Shown here one piece after another: positions 14,440-29,218 of a stretch of 64,000 bases of DNA. The DNA is from the human T2T-CHM13v2.0 reference genome, Homo sapiens. The stretch lies in assembly GCF_009914755.1 (NCBI RefSeq), contig NC_060925.1; one strand, 5' to 3'. The notes under the pieces were generated by a model. That model saw only the letters and a list, made by a program, of their open reading frames with translations, was not told the origin of the DNA and ran no database searches. The translations under genes were made by a program, and so were the position numbers. Position 1 is the stretch's first letter, and every line of letters begins with the position of its first letter.

Positions 14440-14700
14440 TTATACATTTTTTTGAAGAAAACATCTTGATGAGATAGAGCCTTCCACCCCCAATTATTTG
14501 ATGATTCTGTGGATAATTACTATTTAATACTAGAATAAGATTTTTCATTTGTATAGATCTAAGCTTTAAGGAACCCTGTTGACATAAATAAGTAGATGGA
14601 AATGGACAGAATATTGTTATATGAAGGTCACTTAGACTCAGTTTTTACCTTTAAAATTATATGTCAAAATACAGTGGATTTTTTGAATCAACTAGCTTGC
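14440..14700 (-). mobile_element. hAT-Charlie transposase fossil (C-terminal dimerisation region)
   Basis: Reverse strand 14605-14570 translates PFPSTYLCQQGS, resembling the Charlie/Buster motif PF-STYLCE-GFS. AT-rich flanks (~11970-14100) are probably more of the same element. Confidence 0.6.
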
Positions 14701-14972
14701 CATTCATCTCCTCTAATTTTGTAGAAAGCAGGAAAACTGGAAACCTCCAGACTTGTAAAAGGAATTGTTATTCAGTCATTAAGTCATTCATCTTCCAGTA
14801 TCAGCTCGAGTATTTTAGATCACCTTTTTGCATGGATTCAGAGTGGAGGGGTGATGGGCCTTTATTTTGTAAAGTGGGAGAAGCCTGATTGTGAAAAAGT
14901 ATGCTTGCTTTCATGTGGCTCAGGAAGTTTTCATGTACCCTAGTTTGAAGACAACTGATTTAGGTAGCTTGG

Positions 14973-15376
14973 TGTCTTAGTCTGTTTTGTACTGCTATAG
15001 CAGAATACCTGATAATGAACAGAAATTTATTTCTTACAGTTCTGGAGGCTAAGAAGTCCAAGATTGAGTGCCTGACACCTGGCCTTTTTGCTGTGTCATG
15101 GTCATCCCGTCCTGGAAGGCAGAAGGGCAGGAGGAGAGGAGGGGGAGGGAAGTGCCTGTCCTCGTGCACAAAAGTTTCAAACAAGAGGTTCCTTTTATAA
15201 GGAACCCACCCCTGTCATAACGAATCTGCTCCCACGATAATGGCATTAATCCAGTTCATGATGGTGGTGCCTCCAAGATGCAAACACCTCCCATCAGGCC
15301 CCACTTCCCAACACTGCCACATTGGGCATCAAGTTTTCAACACGTGAACTTTGGAGGACACTTTCAAACCACAGCC
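14973..15376 (-). mobile_element. MaLR solo LTR (MST/MLT1A-like)
   Basis: 'tgtcttagtctgttttgtactgctat...agaaatttatttcttacagttctggaggct...ggacactttcaaaccacagc'; ~5-bp TSD cttgg/cttgt. Confidence 0.8.
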
Positions 15377-15979
15377 CTTGTGTTCCAGCCCACTGTTGCC
15401 ACTTACTTATTAAGTATCTGTATATTCATCTACAGAAGAGGGTCCTTACAAGCCCTTACATTTTGACAGTTCTGTAACTAGCCTTGAGTATCCTGTAATT
15501 GTTACCACTGGTCACACAAAGTACTTCTTGAATCTGAACCTGTGTAAGTGGTAGTCATTTGTAAGCTTTCTTTGGTGGGGTTCTGAAAGACTGACATCCC
15601 CTGCCGTTTGCTAACATTCATCTCAACTGGATACCAGTTAGATTTCCTGAAGGTCCTGGGACCCTTCAGTATGCTTACTGTCACTTTTAAGCCTTTGCAG
15701 GTGTTGCTCTTTTGCTCTTTTTGGGGCCTCCTCTTCTATGTTGCCAAAGCATCCTAAACAGACCTCAGTTACAGAATTTTTTTCCCTTGCCCTGTGTGGT
15801 CCTTGCTTGTTTAGTCTATCTTCTCTAGACTGAGCTCTCAGGATCAGGGACTTTGTTTTACCTCACTATTGCCTGAAGCTAACAAGTGTCCAAAAACGGG
15901 AAGGATGAGGAGGTTCTCAAATGTTTGTAGAATAACCAAATATTAAGTAATTTTTTTTCAAACTCTGTGTATCATAGGA

Positions 15980-16720
15980 ATCTCAACATTTCCAATATTG
16001 AACTCCTCATCTCACCCCTTGAACGTGCTCAATCTTTAACCTCACCATCTCAGTTGATGACAGCTTCATCTTTCTAGTTGCTCAGGCCTAAAACCTCGGG
16101 GTTATCCTTGACTACTCTTTATTTCTTCTGTAGCCTCTCAGGCTGTCTAGAGAGAGCTTATGAAGAATGGGCTGGTAAGAGTGTTGACGTTGGACTGTAG
16201 TCTTCAAACATGTTTGCATTCATAATCGCTAAGTGACTTGGATCCATTCCCTTAGGAAATCCTGTTGGCCCTGCCTTCACAACATATCTGCAGCCTGAGC
16301 ACTTTTCCACTCCTTTGCTTCTACCCTGGTCCAGGTCATCATCATCTGTCAGTTGCATCATTGCAGTTGTCTCCTGACCCATCTCCCTCTTCTTTCTTTG
16401 TGTACACATTCTATTCTCATAACAGCCAGAGTGATCCCGTGAAAATGAAAGTTGGATAATTCCCTGCTCTGATACAACCCTGCAGTGGCTTCCCATTTTA
16501 CTCCTAGTAAATTAAGTCTACAACAAGATCGGGAGGGCCCTAGAAATGCATCCTTTGCACTGGCTGTTCATTCTGCCAGGGCATCTCTTGATATCAGTAT
16601 CGTTAACCACCTTCCCTCCTTCAAGTGTTGCTCACGTGTCTCCTTCTCATGATCACTCTATTTAAAATTGTAAACATTAGACACTCAAATATCTGTTGAA
16701 TGGTTGAAGAATGAGTTACT
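15980..16720. mobile_element. L2 fragment (interrupted at 16131-16233)
   Basis: L2-typical 'ttgctcaggcctaaaacct...atccttgact', 'cagccagagtgatc', 'actcaaatatctgttgaatg'. Confidence 0.65.
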
Positions 16721-16935
16721 TTGCTCAGTTACTGCTTCTAATACTAGTTTTAACATTAAACCTGTTGCTGGGGGATGTGGATAGTTGTCCCTTTGCTGTT
16801 CACATTTGTATTTCCTCTTGGGGTACCATCACCTGGATAAGATTGCTGGCACATTGTCAGTCACTGAGCTTGGTCTTGTAAGTGTGCATGCTAGATGGCT
16901 TAGGTGCCTGTTTAGTGGTGCATTAAAAAAAATCA

Positions 16936-17238
16936 GGCTGGGTGCAGTGGCTCATGCATGTCATCGCAGCACTTTGGGAGGCCGGGATGGGCAGGTCATC
17001 TGAGGTCAGGAGGTCGAGACCAGCCTGACCAATATGGTGAAATCCCATCTCTACTAAAAATACAAAAATTAGCTGGGCATGGTGGCGGGTGCCTGTAATC
17101 TCAGCTACTCGGGAGGCTGAGGCAGGAGAATCACTTGAACCAGGGAGGTGGAGATTTCAGTGAGCCGAGATCGTGCCACTGCACTCCAGCCTGGATGACA
17201 GAGCAAGACTTCGTCTCAAAAAAAAAAGAAAGAAAAAA
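16936..17238 (+). mobile_element. AluS
   Basis: Full dimer; TSD aaaaaatcag. Confidence 0.9.
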
Positions 17239-18092
17239 TCAGAGAGTGACTTTAACTTAAACTTTTAACTTTAAATTCGTATTGTCAAGCTCTTAAAGAA
17301 CTGTCACCTATTTTGTTTAACTCAATGCTTTTTTTTTGATTGAGGTAAGATATGCTTTTTTTATTAGTCAATGGCTACATTTTTCTCTACCTCCTTTTGT
17401 AGAGAAAGTAAACATTTGAGAGCAGAAGGAATAGAATATTGAGTGATACATAGTGTTTGAACAAGAGAGGTAGTGAATACTCTTCAGGAAGGAAATGCAA
17501 GCTGAGCGAGCCCTCCTTGTCTGACTACAGAGGGATGACAGAAGCTGAAGTGGGCATCAGATTGGCCATTTGATTTCTGGAGGAAGGGGTCAGGAGACAT
17601 CCATTGTTAAGGTGGAAAAGCTTGTGTTTTAGACCTGTCTTCTGGGAAGAACTCAGTCCTAGCCTGCCATGAGGCTCTTCTTGCTGGGTCTTGGTGGAGT
17701 TTAAGGTGTTTTTTTGGTGTGATAGAATTGAAGCTTTATAATGTGTCCACTTCAAGTTAAGATAGAGAATCCCTGGTTTGTTCAGAAGATGCTTCCTTGT
17801 TGAGGTAAGCCCAGGAAGCTTGATGGAGTGGAGAACGTGCGTGGGTTTTGGAGTCAGCCAGGCTTGTGTTAACATCCCTATTTGGCCACTTTTAATCTGT
17901 TTCTTCTGAACCTATTCCTGCATCTGTGAAAAGGAGATGATGTCTGGTTTGGAGAGGTGTTAGGGTTAAACGATAAAATGTATGCAGAGGTATATACATA
18001 GCAATGCTTCTGCAGTGGGCGGGTCACTTGCCGGTACCGTGATTCATGTTCTGTGCAGATGTGCTGTCAGAACAGGCTGGTTGGCCAGCCTT

Positions 18093-18388
18093 CCCCCACC
18101 CCGGCCCCCGCCCCAGACAGAGTCCTGCTGTGCTGCCCAGGCTGGAGTGTGGCGCGATCTCGGCCCACTGCAGCCTCTGCCGGGTTCAAGCAATTCTCCT
18201 GCCTCAGCCTCCCAAGTAGCTGGGACTACAGGCGTGTGCCACCATGCCCGGCTACTTGTTGTATTTTTAGTAGAGGCGGGGTTTCACCATGTTGGCCAGG
18301 CTGGTCTTGAATTCCCGACCTCAAGTTATCCCCCGGCATTGGCCTCCCAAAGTGCTGGGAGTACAGGCGTGAGCCACTGTGCCCGGCC
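18093..18388 (-). mobile_element. AluS with G-rich replacement of the A tail
   Basis: Reverse Alu; TSD tgg(c/t)cagcctt at 18082-18092 and 18389-18399. Confidence 0.85.
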
Positions 18389-18404
18389 TGGTCAGCCTTT
18401 AAAA

Positions 18405-18670
18405 ATGTTTTTAAATAGTTATTCATTGATTTTAATTGACAAATGAAAATATATTTATGGTGTGCCCATTAATGTTTTAATGTATGTATACATTGTGGAA
18501 TGGTTAAATCAGGCTAATTAGCGTATCTGTTACCTCACTTAGTCATTTTTTTGTGGTGAGAACAATTGAAATCTACTCTCTTGGCAATTTTCAAGTATAC
18601 AATACATTGCCATTGACCATAGTCAGCATGTGGTGCAATCGATCCCTTGAACTTGTCCCTCCAGTGTATC
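18405..18670 (-). mobile_element. L1MA-like 3' end fragment
   Basis: 'tatacattgtggaatggttaaatc...gtggtgagaaca...aaatctactctctt...aattttcaagtatacaatacatt'. Confidence 0.7.
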
Positions 18671-19229
18671 TTTGGTCAGTCTTGCCGTCCAGTTCTAGCC
18701 AGCACTGCTCCCTGGCATCTGTGCCTGACAGGGTCCAGGAATGGAGGCATTGATAGTGATAAGGAGCCTTTATAGTTTAAGTCCCACTGACTAATGTGAG
18801 TTATTACTTCTTTGCTGATAAGACCCATAGCTAGTCAGATATTGGGCACCCTCTTCCTGGGTCGACCTTTGAAGTTTCTTATTCTTGTCTTACCAGCTTT
18901 CTGTAGGCCTTAGCGATCCTTTCCTGTAGTTAAGTTGTGCCTTTTTCCTAAAGGAGTTAAGGTCTCTTGTTTTGTAGTAGGTAGTTAGGGGGAGAAAAAA
19001 CAGTTTATTAGCATCTTTTTAAAAAAACCTTTTAATTACTAATAGAACACCTAGCAAAATGTATAAATTCTAAAAGCACGGTTCAATGAATTATCATATG
19101 GTGAACATAGATTATTCCCAGCACCACAGAAAGCCCTCCCATTGCTACCTCTCCTATCAACTGTTTCTTGATAACCTGCTAGAGGCAAGGTAGTGTTTGA
19201 CCAATATCTGTGTGACTCTAGTAACTTAG

Positions 19230-19651
<422 letters not shown>

Positions 19652-20149
19652 TGTACTACTTCTTTAATCCAGGTCACAAATTGCAGTTTTTGAAGCTTCC
19701 ACCCCTTCCTGCTCCTGAAAGAAAAGGTCCATGTCTTCGTTCATTCAGCCATTCATTCAGTAAATATGTGTTGATTACTTATAGTGTGTCAGACACTTGT
19801 GAGGTGCTGGGAACACAGCAGTGCATTAGAGAAAGGCCCTGACCTCAGGGAGCTTGTATGTTTAGGTCTGACTCATCTGTGCTAACCCAGTGCCCAGTGT
19901 CATGGTTGGTGTTTTTAAGCGTCTGCCAAACTGAATTAAGTAGTACTCCCTTTACTGGTTTCCTGTAGCAGTCATTCTCTGGTGTCATGGTTAGCTGTTT
20001 ACACCTCTAGATTCCAGGATCCTGCAGTGTCAGTTATCCCTCTTGTGTCCCCAGTCTCGTGCACAGGGAGGGCTTCAGTCTGATTGTTGAAAGTATGCTA
20101 AATACCAAGTAAATGCTACAGTCATAAAGTGTTGTCGCAGGTGGAGAGG

Positions 20150-21380
20150 AGTCAGAAAGTGTTAATGACTATGCTAAAGCTTTTCTTGCTAAAGTCACCA
20201 GTAATCACCTAGTCTCTAAATCCCGTTGGAGCTGTAGATTCTTTACCTTGACTTTTCTGTAACACTTGACAGTGCCCTTGTCCTCTGGGAAACTTTTCTT
20301 GGTTTCACTGCTCTTGGCTGGTTGGCTTTCTTCACTCTCACCATTCTTCTCAGTCATCTCTGGGCCCTTTTCTGCCTATGGCTGTGTCATGCCTCAGAAT
20401 CCCCTTCTTGATTCACTGTTTTTTCCCCCTCCATGTTCTGTATTCTCCATTTGTCAGTGCTTCGCAGATTGGGTATTTCCTGCCTTGAGTCCTTTCCTGG
20501 GCTTCTTTCTCATTTATTCAGCTGTCACTGGGCATTTCCACATCATGTTCTTCACCAATGATTATCCAGAATGAGACCCCTAACAATACCTGCCTCCTGT
20601 TCCTAGCCACAGACCTGCTGCTCTACCTGTATTTTCTCTCCACACAGATGTACAAGACAGAAACCTTACAGTCATCTCTGTCACTCCTGCACTTCCACAT
20701 TCTCCCACATCCATCCTGTCTCCTGGTGCAGTCAATCTTGCTTTCTGAATTTCTCTTGAAATAATTTCTCCTCCCAATCCACATCCATATTTCTTGCCTG
20801 GGTAACTCTCCACTGACTGATTTCCCAGCTGCCAATCTGGACCACCTCCAAAACATTTTCCACATTGCTGCTGGAGTGATCTTTTAAAAATGCAACTCCG
20901 ATGTTGCCTGTCCGTCGGGTACATTCTTCAATAGCTCTTCTTTGCCTTCAGTCTTGCTGTCATCCTGTTCTCCCAGCTAAGCCACAGGAGGCTTAGTCCC
21001 TCCAGCCTTGCTTCCTGTCACTCCCTCTTTGCCTTATCGGTCCTCCCCCACCCTGAGTTGTCAGCACTTCCAGTTCCCAGCTCTTGAGAGCTCACCTCCA
21101 CACTAGTGCACGTGTGTTGATGCTGCTGCTTCTGATGTGCCTCTTTTGTGTGGTCACTTTTACTCATCCTTCAAAGACCTCTTGAGCTGTCACTTCCCCT
21201 AGGAAGTGTTCTGTCAGTTGACTGCAATCTGAATTGAGGTTTGCATCCTGTGTTTTTCTTTCTCTGACACCACCCCATACTGTTCTCTTCTCAGTAGACT
21301 GAGTTTCAGGTCACTGTCTTTATCTCTGTCCATTGTGCCTAGAATATTGTAGCTGCTCAAACATACTTGAGTGAATGTAT
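20150..21380. mobile_element. L2 fragments
   Basis: Pyrimidine-rich L2-like tracts ('aaagtcaccagtaatcacc', 'gagtgatctttttaaaaatgcaa', 'tactcatccttcaa', 'gctcaaacatacttgagtgaatg'). Confidence 0.55.
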
Positions 21381-21645
21381 TCAAGTCCTTTTTTTTTTTA
21401 AACCATGATTGTGAGATTGGATTACCTGGGAGTTCATCTGGGTCTTTTTTGTTTCTCATTCTCATGTCAGAATTTAAGATTTGAAAACTGAATTTCACAT
21501 GTATAGTTTTGGGAAAAGTCATCTTTAAATGAACCCTACATTTATGGCAAAAATTAGGGACAGGACTGAGTTTCAAGAAGTCGTTAGGCCACAGGTTTTT
21601 TGAGGGATGGCACAGGCTTTTAACTTACTAAAAAGGACAACTTTT

Positions 21646-21915
21646 GGCTGGGATTGATGACTCAATGCCTGATGACTCAATGCCTGTAATCCCAGCACTT
21701 TGGGAGGTCAAGGCAGGAGGATCACTTGAGGCCAGGAGTTTGATACCAGCCTGTCAACATAGTAGAACCCCCCATCTCTACAAAAAATAAGTAATGAGCC
21801 AGGTGCAGTGGCATGCACCTGTAGTAGGAGCTACTCAAGAGGCTGAGGTAGGAGGATCTGTGGAGGCCAGGAGTTTGAGGGTGACAGATGGAGAGACCCT
21901 GTCTCTAAAAAACAG
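21646..21915 (+). mobile_element. AluJ with 15-bp tandem duplication at its 5' end
   Basis: Alu body; tgatgactcaatgcc x2 at 21655-21684. Confidence 0.85.
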
Positions 21916-22507
21916 GAGAACAACCTTTATCATATTTTGCCACTTTTTATTCTTAATCAGAAGTAACACATGTTCTTGTAAAATGTTGATTTAATACTAA
22001 TGGAGTGCCTACTGCAACTCTCTTGATTCCACTGCCTTATTTTTTTCTTATATCACTAATACCATTTGAAATAATTTTGCACGTGTTTATTGTTTATCTC
22101 TTTTCAATGTATTTCTTTTGGTAATAGCTAATACTTCCCGAGCACTAACTATATACTGAGTGCTATTCTAAGTGTTTTATTTGTATTAATGCCTTTATTT
22201 CCTCTCACAGCCCTTTCAGGTAAGGTACTATAATTATCCCCAATTTCAACATGGGAAGACTGTAGCACCAAGGAGTTAAGTACCCACTGTGTATAGAGTG
22301 CCAGGTGGGGCTGGCATTTAAACTCTTGGCTTCAGAGTCCAAAAAACCTACTCTGCTCTATTGAGTCTCAGTGCAAGCCTGAAAGGGCACGTATGCCTTC
22401 TCCTGCAGTGCCTGCACCTAGAACGGCTCCCTCCTCATAGTTGACATTCAGTGTGGATGAACACGAGGTATTCCAAGTAAGAAGTAAAAATAAAATCCTT
22501 CAGCACC

Positions 22508-23488
22508 TGTGGTACTGTGATATAATAAGAAATATGTGTTTGGTCTCTGCCCCCTCATTCCTGGCACAGAGCTCCTAAAACCCTGTGGATAGGGGCACTA
22601 GGAGAACCTCTTGTTCTAATATGTTCCTGACACAGAGCACCCTCAAACGTTTGTAATTTCCTGGGTGATAACAGAGCTCCTAAATCCCTTAGAATTTCCC
22701 AGGTGATAGGAGCATCTTTTGTTCTAACAAGATAACTGTGGTGGGCTCCTGGATAGCCAGGATGGTGGCTGGTTGCTAAGGGAACGAACCGCGTGATTAC
22801 GGTGTTAGAACTTTCAGCCCCATGCCCCTGACCTCTGGGGAGGTGAGAGGGAGAGGGGGGCTGAAGGTCGAGCTGATCACTAATGACAGCATTGTGATCA
22901 ATGATGCGTATGTAACGAAGTTTTCATAAAAACCCAAAAGGACAGTGTTTGAATGAGCATCCAGATAGCAGAACAGGTGGGGGTTCCTGGAGGGTGACTG
23001 CCTCGAGAGGGTGTGGAAGCTTTGCACCCTTCCCACATGCCTCACCCTTTGCGTCTTTTTAATCTGGCTGTTCCTGTGTTTCCTTTATAATCTTTATAAT
23101 AAATTGTTCCCTTTATAATAAATGGGTAAACATAAGTAAGTGTTTCTTTGAGCTCAGTGAGCCAAGCTAGCAAATTAATCGAACCTGAGGAGGGGTCATG
23201 AGAACCCTGATTTAAAAACCTCTGTCAGAAGCACAGGTCACAACCTGGGACCTGCCATTGGCATCTGAAGTATGGGGCAGTCTTGGGGACTGAGCCCTCA
23301 GCCTGTGGGATCTGGCGCTCTCTCCAGGTAGATCGTGTCAGAATTGAATTACAGGACATCCAGCTGGTGTCTGCTGATGAATTGATTGGTTGCTGGTGGG
23401 GAGAAATCGCCATACGTTTTGGTGACCAGAGGTGAAATATTCTGTGCACGGTAGAGGGTAGGAAAGGCACTTTGGTTTTTTTCCTACA
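22508..23488 (+). mobile_element. MER21-family solo LTR
   Basis: TG...CA ends; 'tgtgatataataagaaatat...tcctggcacagagctcctaaaaccct', 'ctttataataaa', 'ccagctggtgtctgct'. Confidence 0.8.
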
Positions 23489-23819
23489 TCTTCTTGGCGC
23501 ACTCTTCCTCAGAGGTTAGTTGCTGTAATTTGTTTTCCTCATAAAGCTTTTCCTTTTCAATTACAAATATATATTTATGCACAGATGTAGTACTTATAAA
23601 ATGAATGTTACCTCTCTTGGGAAACAGACTTTTTTTCTTCGCAACTCTTTGGAGAGCATGTCCCTTGAGGTGTGACATTATTTTAGCTGTGTAACAATTA
23701 ACTGGATCTGAGTTGTTTTACATCAGCTAAATATCAGTCTCCTTGAGATTTGGGAAATATTTAAGTCTCATCAGCAGTATTTTGGGGAAGGGGGTGCTCC
23801 TGCAGACAGCAGCTGCTGT

Positions 23820-24475
<656 letters not shown>

Positions 24476-25772
24476 CACAACATTTTAAAATTTATTTAAT
24501 GTCCCTGGATTCCTACAGGTATTGAATTCCTATGGGTATGGGATTTTGACTGTGGTCTTTTCCTAGTTTCTATAACTGTGCTGATAAGAAAAAAGAGACT
24601 GCCCTTTTTTTTAAACAAAACAAAACAAAACAAAACATCTGGAAGTTGGTCAAGTCTTATCTTTCCTTCTGTTTCTCTCTGGTGGTAGCAGACAGTTTAC
24701 CTGTAGGTCAAGAGTTTTTAGATTAGCCTGGGATCCATGGATAGGAGTCAGAAGGGCTATCTATCTTCTGAAACCACATGTAGAATTTAGTTAAGTGTGC
24801 ATTTCACATTTCACTGGGGAGAGTGTTTCATGTCAGATCCCAGGATGAGGATAAGCACGAACACTTTCTGATATAGGTGTATTCTTTGTCAAGTTGGCAA
24901 CAAGGATCCTGGAAGCTGACTTGATTTAGGGATTAGAACATGTTTTTCCTTTTTATTCCTAGTCCCAGAAAATGATATCAGTGGGAATAAAATGAGAGAG
25001 GGCAGTTTGGACTGTTCCTCAGTGAAGAACAGGGGTTTGCACTCATCAGGTGGATGTATGGGCTTAGCCTGTATGCGGGGGCACCTGTTCATATTAAATC
25101 TCATGTTGTGGTGTGACAGCAATGTCATGACTGCCTTTGTCCCCTTGTGAGCTTTGTATCATGTAGAGTGGAGATAGCTCACACCCTCATTTAACTGGCC
25201 AGTTAATGAGGCTGCTGCTGCTGTGAAGTGTGTGTGTGCTTGTATATTGTTAAAAATTTAACATATAGGTTATTACTTTGGTAAAAGTAAAAAAAAAAAG
25301 TATATGGTATAAAAAGACAAATCACACTGTCTCAGTGGTACCACTTCCTAGTGAAATGATCTTGGGCAAAGTTACTCGCTGTGTGTCAATTTTCCTCATC
25401 AATAAAATGGGTACCAAAGTAGTGCCTGCCTGTATTGTGAGGATTGTAAAGATTACATAAAACAATAAATAATTCAGAAAAGGCAATTGAAATGTTTTCT
25501 GGTATATGGAAAACTGACAATAATTATCTCTTATGATGGTGGTGGTATTGATAACAATAATGACACCTAGAAAGGCCTGTAACCAAAAGTCAGTAGTCCT
25601 TCTTTCTTCACCCCAGCCCATTTTTAAGAAACAACCACTTTTAAATCCTCTAGCTATTTCTTTTATCTCCATATTTCAAAAAATTACATTTTCCTAATTT
25701 GCATCACTCCCTCAGCCTCGACTATGTTAAGCTTCTTTATTGACTTTCTCTTTTAGAAGATCAGATCAGGTT

Positions 25773-25945
25773 TTTATTTTTTTCTAGAGATAGGATCTCA
25801 CTATGTTTCCCAGGCTGGAGTGCAGTGGCTATTCACAGATACCATCATAGCACATTGCATCCTTGAACTCCTGACCTCAAGCGATCCTCCTGCCTCATCC
25901 TTCAGAGTAGCTAGGGCTACAGGCATATGCCACCATTCCCAGCTT
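25773..25945 (-). mobile_element. FAM (fossil Alu monomer)
   Basis: Diagnostic 'gtggctattcacag...catagcacattgc' segment. Confidence 0.7.
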
Positions 25946-25956
25946 GAAGATTAGGG

Positions 25957-26167
25957 TTTTTTCTTTGTTTGTTTTTTGAGACTGAGTCTTGCTCTGTCAC
26001 CCAGGCTGGAGTGCAGTGGCGTACTCTTGGCTCACTACCTCTGCCTCCTGGGTTCGGGGTTTCACCATGTTGGCCAGGCTGGTCTCGAACTCCTAACCTC
26101 AAGTGATCTGCCCACTTTGGCCTCCCAAAGTGCTAGGATTTACAGCCATGAGCCACTGCACCCAGCC
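25957..26167 (-). mobile_element. AluS with large internal deletion
   Basis: Right arm joined directly to left arm at 'gggttc|ggggtttcacc'; TSD gaagattagg. Confidence 0.85.
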
Positions 26168-26517
26168 GAAGATTAGGTTTTAAGTGACACCTCCTGTTTC
26201 CCTACACTTTTCTTCATCTTCTGATGCAATTATATGAAGTTTTGGTTAAATTGGCATTTAGTGTTAACATAATGATCATATGAACATTTTAACTGCTAAC
26301 CTGAGTTGAAAAAGTTGGGTGAAATATTGTTTATTGACTTTAGTTATGAGTGAAGTTAAAGGTTGTTGTGTGGTTGCAGTTTATTTAGGTTTATTTTATG
26401 ACTTGCTCATTTTTCTCCTCAGATGCTCAGTTTTACCTTACTGGTTTGTACAAGCAGTCTGGACTCTTAGAAAATATTGGTGGAGGTTGAACTTCTTGAA
26501 GAAACGTTGAGCTTTTG

Positions 26518-26845
<328 letters not shown>

Positions 26846-27140
26846 CCAAAAACCCCCTGAGCTTTACATCCATAGATGAGGAGTTTGGAATACAAATAGA
26901 TGACCTGTTATCTGTGTCAGCTTTTGATACTATCTGCCCTTCACGTCTTTATTCTTAGATTGTCATCTGTGGGTGGAAAACCTTAAGTTTCTACCCATAG
27001 AAATAAGCCCACCATATTTCAGAAAACATGGTGGGTCATAGGAAAGCACTCAGATGGGACAACCTAGTTGGATTTGGTACAAAATGAGCCAGATGTGGGA
27101 AAAGGCAAATTAATATGATTATGAAAAGTAAGAATGATGG

Positions 27141-27262
27141 AGCTGGGTGCGGTGGCTCAGGCCTGTAATCCCAGTTTGGGAGGCTGAGGTGGGAGGGTTG
27201 CTTGAGGCCTGGAGTTTGAGATCAGCTTGGCCAACAAAGTGAAACGCCATTTCTTAAAAAAT
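27141..27262 (+). mobile_element. FLAM
   Basis: Left monomer with short A tail. Confidence 0.8.
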
Positions 27263-28289
27263 ATAGTAGGGAAGAGCAGAGGTTTCTTAAGAGTGCACTC
27301 AACAAAAGGATTAGGCTGATCTAATAATTGGAATGTCAGTATTGATTTAGTTTTCCTTGGTACAGTCTACCCAGAGTGGGGGAAGGGGCAGAGCATAAGG
27401 ATAAAGGGGGAGTTGTGGTTTTGTGGATCTCAGGTGTTTACCAATGAACTAGGTGGAGGTGGTCAGGTGGTGGAGAGCTTCTGTTCTGAGAACCTGACCG
27501 AGAGGCAAAACATTGTCTCTATGTAGTGCTTGGCACAACCGTGGGCTCCAATCTGGGAAAGAGTGGACTCGGGACCACAGCAGATTTCTCTATGGGGCTG
27601 CAGTCAATGAAATTGTCCTGAAGCAAGCCTGGTCTAGGGCGTTCTGGCCTCTAAGATTGAGAGGGATGGTGGACAGGGCAGTGGGCCAGAGGTGAAGTGA
27701 GATGAGGAAGGCCAAGCCTTTTTCTCCTGAGGAAGCCAGTGCTAGGGCACTAATTATAGTTTTACACAATGCCAGCTTCCAGCCTGCATAGAGAAACATG
27801 AAATTTCTGCTTAAAACAGAGTTCCTTTTTCCATTTTTGGCTCTAAACTTTTTGTGTTGGAAGTTAGGAACCAATTTTGGAGAGTGATTGTAGTGAGGGA
27901 ATCTGGAAAACCTGCGAAAATGGAGAAGCTCATTTTAGGCAGGAAAAATCTGTCTCTTGGAATGAGTAGCAGAGGGTTTTCTTGCTCAAGGTAGTTTTCT
28001 TTTCTGTTCTTGGTGTGGTGCCTGACTCCACATTTTTCACCCAGCTCTTAAACAGGTTTTGCTGAGTAGCTACAGGCAAGTCATCTTCTCTGTAAATTAG
28101 GTGTAGTTAATAACACCTGTTACTCAGAGAGTGACTGGATTAACAGGTAAGAGTTTGGACTGGAGTGACCCAGAAGTGGTATGAAATAGTGAGAAGAACT
28201 TGAGATCGCTACGTGTCCCAGAGAAGACACCTTCCTTAGATCTAAGTTGAGGAGACTGAATTAAACAGCCTTTGTTCATTTAAAAAACT

Positions 28290-29218
<929 letters not shown>

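Noticed and set aside
22560-22720. Repeated 'cagagctcctaaa' / 'ttgttctaa' motifs
   Set aside because: Internal repeats intrinsic to MER21-family LTRs.
26966-27045. H/ACA snoRNA or hammerhead ribozyme
   Set aside because: The hinge has an ANANNA match, but the hairpins are too short, lack pseudouridylation pockets and have no ACA tail. No CUGANGA/GAAA core.
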